Origin: Octopus bimaculoides
Taxonomy: Eukaryota
DNA length: 40,269 bases
Reading direction: 5' to 3'
Assembly: GCF_001194135.2 (NCBI RefSeq)
Contig: NC_068989.1
Span: 26,663,516-26,703,784, forward strand
Part shown: positions 12,532-22,310 of the stretch, piece after piece
Numbering within the stretch: position 1 is the first letter of the stretch
How the letters are laid out: each line of letters starts with the position of its first letter
Program-made: the position numbers and the translations under genes
The notes under the pieces: model-generated
What the model saw: the letters and a program-made list of their open reading frames with translations, nothing else
Told to the model about the DNA's origin: nothing
Databases searched by the model: none

Positions 12532-12792
12532 TATAAGAGGGATGGCCACCACTAAGTGGACATCCATTTTGCTAGAAGTAGACCACTTATGGTCTGACCA
12601 CTAAGAAAAGTTTGTTCTCAAGAAAATTAAGCAAACACCAGAACATAATCGAGCAAGACAAATGAAACGATACAAAATATAAACAGTAATCATAGACCGG
12701 TTTCGTCTTCAACTACTTACGTTGTTACTTACGTAATTGTCCGCAACTCTTCAGTATGATCATCTTAGCAATATAATTTGAAGAACTATACA
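12532..12792 (-). mobile_element. PLE pseudo-LTR family B, copy 1 (carries intact hammerhead)
   Basis: Direct repeat of 13067-13312 (offset 520 bp over the ribozyme); ends at an (AT)n tract. Confidence 0.75.
12687..12762 (-). ncRNA. Type I hammerhead ribozyme with canonical core
   Basis: RNA: UGAUCAUA CUGAAGA [GUU..CAAUUAC..GUAGUUG..GAC] GAAA CCG GUC / UAUGAUUA. 8-bp stem I (one G.U), intact CUGANGA and GAAA, palindromic ACCGGU stem III, GUC triplet; predicted cleavage between 12695 and 12694. Confidence 0.85.
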
Positions 12793-12978
12793 CGAGACCT
12801 CCGCATGAGATTGAACATGTATCAAGTTCTACCAATAACATTTGGGGTTATATTTCAAAAGTCTTCATTCTGGCGCGCCAAATACCGGAAATAATTCTGC
12901 AGAAAATAATTCTCTGCAGTGAATTTTGTCGATTAGAGAACTAGGTTATTTAAATTTAAATAATAAGGGTGAAAAATT

Positions 12979-13390
12979 GAGTATTAATTTCATTAATATC
13001 AATTTAAAACCAGGGCCAAGCAAATTGAAAAAAATCTGAAGATTCAGAAAATTTGTATTACATACCTATAAGAGGGATGACATTGATTTTGCTAGAAGTA
13101 GACCACCTACGTTCTGACCACTAAGAAAAGATCGTTCCCAAGAAAATTCAGCAAACACCAGGACATAAGCGAGCAAGACAAATAAAAAGATACAAAATAT
13201 AAAGATTAATCATAGACCACTTTAGTTGTCAACTACTTACGTAATTACTTATGTGATTGTCCGCAACTCTTCAGTATGACCGTCTTAGCAATGTAATTTT
13301 CAGAACTATACAATAATTGTTCTGAATCTTCAGATTTTTTCAATTTGCTAGGCAACTGGTTTTAAATTTATATTAATCAAATTAATATTC
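12979..13390. repeat. About 71-bp inverted arms (12979-13049 / 13320-13390) enclosing pseudo-LTR copy 2
   Basis: TTCTGAATCTTCAGATTTTTT..CTGGTTTTAAATT.ATATTAAT is the reverse complement of the left arm with about 7 differences by eye; a 39-bp tandem duplication (13356-13394, 13395-13433) overlaps the right arm. Confidence 0.8.
13067..13312 (-). mobile_element. PLE pseudo-LTR family B, copy 2 (degenerate hammerhead at 13207-13282)
   Basis: CUGAAGA intact, but GAAACCGGUC has become UAAAGUGGUC; stem II base GUUG/CAAC is perfect. Confidence 0.75.
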
Positions 13391-13479
13391 GTAGCTGGTT
13401 TTAAATTGATATTAATCAAATTAATATTCGTAGCTGGTGTCTATCAATGCGGTCTACATCTCCTTGGTTGGTATTTAGA

Positions 13480-13975
13480 TGCTAATGTTCGCTAGATTCA
13501 GTAGGTGGGTTTTTGAACATTTGCTGCATTTTATTATTTTTTATGTGATGCATAAGCTGCTCTAAATTAGCAGAGTTTGTGTAGGATAACTTCATGGTGT
13601 GTCGATTAAAAATAGCATGATACCGATTAGATTTAGGAAAACACTTGTCCAAAGCAGCAAAAAAGCTTCCAGCGATCTTGGTTGAAACAGGCACACCGAA
13701 AATAGGCTTGAACTAGAGGACATCCTGATTCCTATATCTATTGTTAGGTTTATTTTATCGATTGTGTTGTACACGATCGGAACAAGCAGCTGAATTATTA
13801 TGTCGTGTGTGTCTATGAGTTTTCGTTGGTAGTTCATTGATATGACTATTTTTTTCTGGCCCGCATTCTTTATCTAAGTGTGTTCTCAAACGGTAACGTT
13901 GTGGTGGCATACAATGTCCATCGCTGTTGGAGGAATTACTAGTGTTGTGTATACCTGCTTCTTGCATGTATTGGA
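13480..13975 (-). mobile_element. PLE ORF fragment (post-RT linker), different lineage from the other PLE copies
   Basis: VSTKIAGSFFAALDKCFPKSNRYHAIFNRHTMKLSY matches the PLE motif IG..F..L.DK.FP....HKIFNR.T.K.SYS; upstream SNSSN..LDKECG resembles SNSSN..ALK.SGY. Frameshifted. Confidence 0.75.
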
Positions 13976-14185
13976 TTTTTTCTCGGTACCTAGCCGTAGC
14001 TAGAGCATCATTATAATAAGACGCATGAGATTCGAAAATGTTATTGTTAGCAGATAATCTAGATATTCTTGTAGAAGTATTCTTAACTAGTTCCTGTATA
14101 ATCGAGGGTGGATGGTTGGATGCTACGTTAACGTACTTAATATAATCATTTGGCTAATGAAATGGTTCAAATAATCCATTATCAA

Positions 14186-14232
<47 letters not shown>

Positions 14233-14393
14233 GAGATAACGAAAATGACAAAGGATGCCATTAAACACCAGCATTAGTACAAACAAGAGTCAAAACAACT
14301 CTTAGCCACGATGAAACACTTATCTTATGACTGACACGGGAGATAAGCTCCGTACAACCTCCGCAGTAAAGGCAGGTCAACAGTGATAACACA

Positions 14394-15091
14394 ACGGAAG
14401 CTCCAATACGAACATTTGAGAGTGCTTGGATGTCAATCTGAGGAGATTGCCATCTAAGGACATGTACCGAGAGTGATAAAGATCAAACATCCAATCAACA
14501 TTATGGTGTTTGGAGTAACCATTAGTGATGGTGACGTTATGCCTCCATTCATCTTCCCACACAGTCTAACACTCAACACGGATGATTATATCAAGTGCCT
14601 GGAGAAAGTAGTCCTGCCCTGGCTCAGGAGGGTGGCTATTAGAAGACCCTGTGTCTAGCAACAAGACTTTGCACCATGCCACATAAACAGGAGTACCCAG
14701 CCATGGCTGGCAGACAATTTCTGCCACCACATCACCCCTAACATTTGGCCACCTAACTCCCCAGCCTACAACACCCTTGATTATTATGTGTGGAGCACAG
14801 TTGAGCGAGCGACCAACAAAACTCATCGTAACACTAAAGATGAACTGAAGGCAAGGACTATGGCAGCATTCACCAACTTAAACAAGGAAACCAACTAGAA
14901 GATTTCCAGGAGATTCCGAAGTCGTCTGAAGGCAGTGGTGGACGCGAATGGCGATTTTATTGAATAAATTTACTCTTTTGTATTTCAAGATATTTTAAAG
15001 TAATTTTGGTAAATATATCTTTTAAAGTAAGATATCAGTGTTATTTTCAATTCTGCGTAATTTTGACGACAATTCTTTTCACTGCACCCTG
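14394..15091 (+). mobile_element. Internally deleted Tc1/mariner DD37D (maT-type) transposon remnant
   Basis: KHPINIMVFGV..QQD(14665)FAPCH..WPPNSP.YNTLD(14779)YYVW gives 37 residues between the second and third Asp; stops at 14656 and 14896, terminal stop at 14965; right end ..CTGCACCCTG at 15091 followed by TA; N-terminal GSSNTNI..GV/CNLR segment joined directly to the catalytic part. Confidence 0.9.
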
Positions 15092-16509
15092 TATATATGG
15101 TATTTAATGCGATGTCCGATACCCTTAAGTGAAAAAAGAAGTTATTACTCTAGTAGAATAAATATTATGTGAAATGGAATGTTGACTAACACACAACCAT
15201 GATAACATACGAAGTCATCTTGCGGCAATAATTTGTGTGCTGGCAAATGATTAGAAGTGGATGTTATTTCCATAAGTGATGTGATTAGCTTGCAACTTTT
15301 TGGATTGTGAGTGGTTGTGAATGGGTATATTTTGGAGGCGGAGATCTATTAGTTTTCTGTATTTCTTAAGGAATGTGATGTATCTCTATTTAGAAAAAAA
15401 AATTTTCTTATTTCACATGCAATATAATATATGTACTGCTGAGAATACTTCTAATTACGGTTAATACATCTCTCCAAATAATTGCAGTTTGGGAAATATT
15501 TCAGACCGTGTCTTCTCACGTACGGCGCCGATTTCTTACTGAATTTTCTAGTACCAATTCTACTCTCTGAAATCGGCGACTAATCAATATTGTTTTAAAA
15601 TTTGTGAATTATACCAATTTCCTGGGTTCACACTTACATTTCATGACGAGTTGAAGAATAGCGTTTTCTCGAGCTGCTAATTATAAACAATGAGATGTGA
15701 AGTATTGCCGTACACTGCTTCTCACAAACACCTCATGATGGACATCAAAGTAAATTATTTATTTGGCCATCTGATCTCCATACATAAACTCTTCTGCATT
15801 GACGTTCTCCCCCTACAATGGACGATCAGCCTCACCTTCATATATTTAAGCGAATATGTTTGTAATTAGTTTGTCATCCGCACTTCATCAGTGGGATCGC
15901 TAATACAAAAGCATGATTATGTATCTGAAGACGTATCAAAAAACACGTACGAGCTGCATCCTTGTATATTATGGATTCATATAAAGTCTGCAAGGGCAGT
16001 TGCATAACCAGCAGCAATCCAATAAATTTAAGTTTCGTACTCAGAATTAGGAAATTTTGCTGTGTAAATTATAAGGTTAAAAAACTACAAAAATTTAATA
16101 CCAGTGGTTCGCATAAGTAATAAAAGTCATACGACAACATATCTTCGGCATGCCTTTATCTATTTTGTGGTTTGGATTTTTACCATCCTTTTTAGAATGT
16201 AAGATGTCCTGTCATGGGTCTTCTCTTTGTGTATAAGTCTTTATGCGCACTTACATATGAAGTTATATGAACCAGTGATAATCTGTTACCCTTATGCAGC
16301 ATATATATATATATATATANNNNNNNNNNNNNNNNNNNNNNNNNNNNNNNNNNNNNNNNNNNNNNNNNNNNNNNNNNNNNNNNNNNNNNNNNNNNNNNNN
16401 NNNNNNNNNNNNNNNNNNNNNNNNNNNNNNNNNNNNNNNNNNNNNNNNNNNNNNNNNNNNNNNNNNNNNNNNNNNNNNNNNNNNNNNNNNNNNNNNNNNN
16501 NNNNNNNNN

Positions 16510-16547
<38 letters not shown>

Positions 16548-16860
16548 GATGTAAACATATATATACATAGTAAAACTATCAAAAGTGAAAGAATAAAAGT
16601 GAAACTATTAAAAGTGAAGCAATATAAACGTGAAACTCTTTATAAGTGTTACTCCGTTTAAGCTTTCACTTTTATTCTTTGAATTTTGAAACGTAATACG
16701 GAAGCATTGCCAATGTTGCATCGTTGTAATCCAAATAAATTACACGTTGACACCTACGGGGTCTTATAGCATTACCATATAACATTTGATTTGATTTGGT
16801 TGAGACGTTTGAGAATGCATTGGGAACAGAGAGACATAGGATTATATATATATATATCTC

Positions 16861-17075
16861 ACCATCAAGAGGAAGCTGCTGACCTACCTTGTTCGAAGGT
16901 TGTAATGGATACAGGTTTGTGTGTCACATAGCTAGCTAGAAGCGATACCCTCTTGGAGCTAATCAACGCCAGTATTCGTCCTATTTTCATGGACAACCAT
17001 GTTAGCTTGCCGATAACTGTCAATATCCAGTGCTGCTGCCGTAGTCTCATTTAGAAAGATTTAGAAATATTAATA
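16861..17075 (+). mobile_element. PLE pseudo-LTR family C, copy 2
   Basis: Aligns over its length with 3763-3948 and at its start with 17221-17335. Confidence 0.65.
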
Positions 17076-17125
17076 TTTCTGTTTTTGAACCAGTGGATGT
17101 GTTCCACTGAATATATATATAAATA

Positions 17126-17335
17126 AACCTTCGAACAGACTGTCAGAAGCGACGCCTGCTGGGCTCGGCTACTTCACATTAAGAAAGAACATATACCCCG
17201 AAACTAGTCTGTGGATGTTGAACCAGCAAGGGGAAGCTGCTGGTCTCCCCTGTTTGAAGGTTCTAATGGACATAGATTTGTGCGTGTCACATAGCTAGAT
17301 AGAGGCGATGGCCACTTGAAGCGAATCATCGGTAT
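17126..17335 (+). mobile_element. Family C copy 3: inverted partial arm + degenerate hammerhead + sense pseudo-LTR
   Basis: 17126-17162 is an imperfect reverse complement of 17223-17262; between them UUCACA-UUAAGAA-A-gaac auaua CCCC-GAAAC UA GUC-UGUGGA (17173-17215), i.e. a hammerhead whose core differs from CUGAGGA by three transitions. Confidence 0.65.
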
Positions 17336-17870
17336 GCTTTACCCAGGGATATAAGACTTCGGCACAAGGGTATTGACCACGCCGGTTTGGTGTCACTGAT
17401 TTGACGTTGATTTATTTGGCATTAGATCTTTTGGCGTTGTGATCAAATTGTTTTATTCTAACTGACATGCTAAAAACCACAACTACTAAATTTTGCGTAA
17501 GTTTTTCCTTCACTTTATGTACACGATACATGGTTAAATATTTAAGAAACGTGAAAAACAAAATTCTCATAATAAATTTTTATACATCTTCCACAAAGTA
17601 GAACTGACATTTATATTTATATTTTATCGCTGTCAGCAGAAAAATTCTAGGGTGAAAGAGAGGGAGAGAAATATTAAGACGCATTAAATGACCTCTATTG
17701 CTACAAACCTGTATCTCTCTCTCTCTCTCTCTCCGTCTCTCTCTTTCTGTCTTTGTCTTTCACTTTTGCTCCCACTTTCTCTATACACTTTGTTTTTGCG
17801 GATGTGGCTGTATTTAAGAATATATGAAGAGGAGACGCATATGTAACAATCGGGTTCTCTAAGTACATTG

Positions 17871-18103
17871 TAATAATGAAGACACTTAAAGGATATGATA
17901 TTCCACCAAGAATTCTGAGAGCAATAAGTAATTTGTATGAGAACACTAGAGCGAAAGTGATCACTCATGATGGAAAGGCAGAATACTTTGACGACCAGGC
18001 CTGAGTTTTACAAGGCGACATGCTAGCATCTTATCTCTTCGCAGTCTTTCTGGACACTGTAATGTGTAGAACGTATGAGGGCAAGGAAAAAGAACTGGAA
18101 CTC
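17871..18103 (+). mobile_element. RTE-clade LINE RT fragment (paralog of 20272-20504)
   Basis: IMKTLKGYDIPPRILRAISNLYENTRAKVITHDG..A*VLQGDMLASYLFAVFLDTVMCRTYEGKEKELEL; about 85-90% nucleotide identity by eye to the minus-strand copy. Confidence 0.88.
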
Positions 18104-18364
18104 CCCACCTCTTTATCTCTTACTTTCTCTCTGTACCTTTCTCTCACTCGCTCGTCTCTGTCTCCTGTCTCACTCTATCTCACACTCTCTTTCTCTGTTT
18201 GTGCGTATGAACATATTTGTCTTTATGTGTATGAGGAGAGGGAATGCTTGTATCAAACTAGTAAACTTAGTAAGTTGTAATGTCACTCTTTCTCACCTTC
18301 GCTTTCTGTGTGTACATTTCTGCTTCACGAGGCAAAAATTATTGTCCCCCCACAAAAACCATCA

Positions 18365-19015
18365 TGAAACAGATCAGATATCAGTCGGTTGTATCAAATT
18401 TCGTGCTAGATTCCAATACAGACTTTTGAGTGATTATGGCATACATGTGACTGGCTACAAATATCAAAAGTGTACCAGACAGATAGTTGTGCTTTATTCT
18501 TTTCTATATGGCTCTGAAGCATGGATATTCAAGAGGTGACTTAACAAATACCTAGCGTCGTTCTATATCTGCAGTTTTCGTTGGGGTTGCAACATCAGGT
18601 GGCAGGAGAAAATCACCAACACATAGGCCCTAGCAAGATGTGATATTCGAGGCATCGAGGTCCACCTAATCAATGAACAACTGAGGCGCACTGGTTATGG
18701 AGTACGCATGGAAGATTATCTAAAGCCCTCTTCTAGGGTCTGCTTATCTTTGGCACCGGGAACTAAGACCACCAATTGCTCCGGTATAAGGAAACTTTAA
18801 TGGCCTACAAGTAAACCGGTACCATGAGCCAGAAAACACGTAAATCAGAAATATTGAATAAAGCTCAGTTGAGAAGCTCTTGCTATGGAGTCAAAATCAA
18901 CACCCCATATGAGGATAGTGCCCAATGTGGAGCCGGGTCCAATCTAGCCCCAATATCGGAAACTACTACTGCAACGTCTGCAACTTCATCTGAAAATCCC
19001 AGACGGTCTGAATTC
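18365..19015 (+). mobile_element. RTE/BovB-like LINE 3' fragment, degenerate
   Basis: VVLYSFLYGSEAW, NIRWQEKITNT*ALARCDIRGIEVHLINEQLR..RMED, YKETL and a terminal YYCNVC (18970-18981) zinc-finger start, typical of the RTE ORF C-terminus. Confidence 0.8.
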
Positions 19016-19526
19016 CCCGGTGTGGCGATGTGGCAAAATATCGAACTAAGAAATCTGTGCAGCTGTGTTCTGTTGAACCTTCATTCCATGAAGCTATGAA
19101 AACACCCAATAATAATTTTTCGCCTTAATCTCTCATGTAGAAGAGCATTTTGCCAAAACTTTCTGTTGTTGTTAGCTAAATAGGTATGCACCGAAATTTA
19201 AAACTACATCAACTGTTCCCGTACTTCATCATTTAACGTTTTGCAAAAGAAATTTATATCCAGGCACCTGATATCATTTTAATATTCATGATATTTTGCC
19301 TTCTCTCATTTCTTTATTTTATTTAGTCGGAGATCCGTCAGATTATCTGATTAACCAAAGGAAGGTTAAATGCATTGGACGATCTAAGAACATACCTTAT
19401 AGCTATGAAGTTTCTATAGCAATCATTTATATGAAAATGGTTATACAATAATATTGGAAAATAATTATTACCTTCTCTCATTATTCCAACAATATGGCTA
19501 CGGCATTGAAGTCTAGCATTTTCAAG

Positions 19527-20601
19527 TTATTCATAGGACGCCCCAAGACTGTTTCCACACTCATCACGATTTTCCATTATGCTCCTGTTCCCCTTCCATA
19601 CCATATCCTCCAGCAAGTTGTCGATATAGGTCGTTTTCCTCCTTCTTATCTTGGTCCTTCCTTCTCTTCGTTGCCAGAGCTCTAGCTTGTTAGCAACTTC
19701 ATCGGTGTGTCTGACGCAGTGTCCAGCTAGCCTCATCATTCTATGTTGTATCTTGAATGTTACTCTTGGTAGTGCCTGGTATAAGTTTGCGTTTGTTATA
19801 TGATTCTTCCAGGAGACATTGAGTGCCATTGTGAACATCCTGGTATAACAACCATCCAACTGCTTCTTCAATGCTTTAGTGAGCGTCCATGTTTCAGCTC
19901 CGTATGGAAGAACAGATTCCACTGTTGCCAGAAACAATTTATTGCATGCGCTCCAAACAAGAGCGTTCCTAGCTACGATCCTTTTCTTCAGTACTTTGTG
20001 TCCACGCACCAGGTTATTTGAAATTTCCAACTACCTTCAGTGACCTACCGTCTCTCACTTTCACTGACACGGGTATTTCGTGGTTGAATACTTGCAGCTC
20101 TGTTTTCTTTGCATTACAGTATAATCTTACCTTCTCCGATTCCTGTTCTAATCTGCTCAGCACCTCCTGTGCCTGATCTGTCTTCTCTGTTAATAATGCC
20201 AGGTCATCAGCTTAGTCTAGGTCAGTTACTGTTACTGCTTGATGCCGTCTACGTCTTTGTCTATGCAGTTTGAGTTCCAGTTCTTTTTCTTTGCCCTCGT
20301 ACGTTCTACACATTACATAGTCCAGAACGATGGCTAAGAGATAAGGTGCTAGCGCGTCGCCTTGTAATAATCCGGCTTTGTCTTCAAAGTATTCTGTCTC
20401 TCTATCATGAGTGATCACTTTCGCTTTAGTGTTCTCATACAGATTACTTATTGCTCTTTGAATTCTTGTTGGAATATCATATGCTTTAAATGTCTTCATC
20501 ATCATTCCTCTATGTACTGAATCAAAATCTTTTTTAAAGTCTACGTAGATAACGATAGCCTTCCTGTTATGGCTCTTAACTCCTTCTCTCAGTCTTTTAA
20601 G
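19527..20601 (-). mobile_element. RTE-clade LINE, 3' segment (RT and C-terminus)
   Basis: LKRLREGVKSHNRKAIVIYVDFKKDFDSVHRG..LLQGDALAPYL..DLD*ADDLALL (catalytic Y to stop at 20212-20214)..LYCNAKKTE..VLPYGAETWTLTK..LAGHCVRH..TTYIDNL. Confidence 0.92.
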
Positions 20602-21112
20602 AAAGGAATCATCAAATGTAAATCAAAGGACGAGAGATTCAAGAAGTGATGTACCCATTTCTACAACTTACTTGGGAAGGATCCAGAAGTTGACAGTGAA
20701 ACAGAAAATGAAGAATTAGCAAAGATACTTGAAGGTTTGCGATTTGAGGATGGAAACGTCACAAAACAAGAAATAGGAAGATCTAAAAGTAACCTGAAAG
20801 AAGGAAAACAAATTGGTCCTGATAAACATCCCACCAGAAGATTTTAAAATATGTGATTTAGACGACATCATCTTTCAATTTCCAAACAAACAAATAAATG
20901 ACAATCTGAAGCCAGAACGTCTGAGATAGACTTGCTGCCACTGCTCAAACTAGAGACCTAAGTGATACTGAGAATTACAGAGGGATCATTCTGTTTTCCG
21001 TTGTTGCAAAAATGGTCAACAAGATGATACGTAACCGAATACAGCATTAGACAAACAATTGCGACCAAAACAAGATGGATTCAGATCAGGACGGTCAACA
21101 ACATCTCAAATT
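20599..21112 (+). mobile_element. Same RTE-clade LINE, inverted 5' segment
   Basis: KKGIIK..HFYNLLGK..GPD..DLSDTENYRGIIL..AKMVNKMIRNRI..LRPKQDGFRSGRSTTSQI, the region that normally directly precedes the LRRLIEG/VDFKKAFD segment found on the minus strand. Confidence 0.88.
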
Positions 21113-22009
21113 GAAATATTCTTGACTTTAATTTAGAAGTGGAAACTGAGCATTGCGAACAAAACAAACTGACCGTTGTCACACTGCCGTCATAGCAATA
21201 AAACCGACTTAAGACAAACGGTAAAAATCAACGGATATAGATGTAATAACATACATATATTATTGAAATCTATATTCTTACATCTGTATAATTTTATCTC
21301 ATCGGCACATCTCAAACACAAGTGTATTCGCGATAAAATTATTGTCTTTGTTGTTAATCCATGCGATATTAGAGGAAAGATACAAACTACGAACATTTAA
21401 AATGACATGCCATTTCATTATGAAGTAGAATATGCAGCGCTTATATTCCAATATTGTAAAAGCAACCCTTACACCATGCCATCCTAAAACAAATATTGCT
21501 TAAAAAATATTCCAAGCAGGGAAAAATAATACTCTTAAGTTGCAATCGTCGTTATCCTCAGGGGGTTAATATATTGAAATGGGAAAAAATAGGTTTTATA
21601 ACATTGACGTTATACTTCTGTTGCAGATGAACAGTTCTGTAGTCAAATTTCCAATGTGGTAGATGGAATATAATTTCCAAGAAAGATCAAACACCTGCCT
21701 TTTGGCATCTATTTCAATCACTTTCCAAATATTTTCTTCTCATAGAAATAAATACAAGGAGTTTATTTATCTGAAGCTCTGGATGTATTGTTATACCGAA
21801 AAATCTTATGCACAATGTAATCTTCGTAATGTATTTTTTATTTACTTTCGTTCGCTCCTCCCATTTCATCACATTTCCTGCGTTTCTCTTTATCCGACAC
21901 TGAATAGCGTAATATTCATATAACTAGACATTATTCTGAACATTATGCTGGCATATAACTATTTGCATATATTTCGATCACTTTATTCAAAATCCTCTCT
22001 ATTCTGATA

Positions 22010-22310
22010 AATCTCACTCTCCTCCTCTCTCTCTCATACTCCATCCATCTATTTCACATTATTTCTCCCCCCTCTCTCTCTCTATCTGTACTTTTGTACG
22101 TTTATATATGTACGCGTGTGTGTGTGTATGTGTGTGTGTGTGTGAGTGTGCGTGAATGTGTACGTGAATGTGTGTGTACGTACATGTGTAGGAGCGCGTT
22201 TGTGTGTGTGTGTGTGTGTGTGTGCGTGTGTGTGTGTGTTTACGTGTGTGTATGAATGTGTGTGTATGTTTGTGTGTGTGTGTCTGTGTATGCGTGTGCG
22301 TCTACTTATT
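22010..22310. repeat. (CT)n and (GT)n low-complexity tract
   Basis: Directly visible. Confidence 0.9.

Noticed and set aside
13482-13975. Selenocysteine recoding as reported for some Naiad PLEs
   Set aside because: The fragment is broken by frameshifts; no series of in-frame TGA at Cys positions and no SECIS could be seen.
15700-16020. Coding-looking minus-strand stretch
   Set aside because: Stops in all frames and no family motif I can name.
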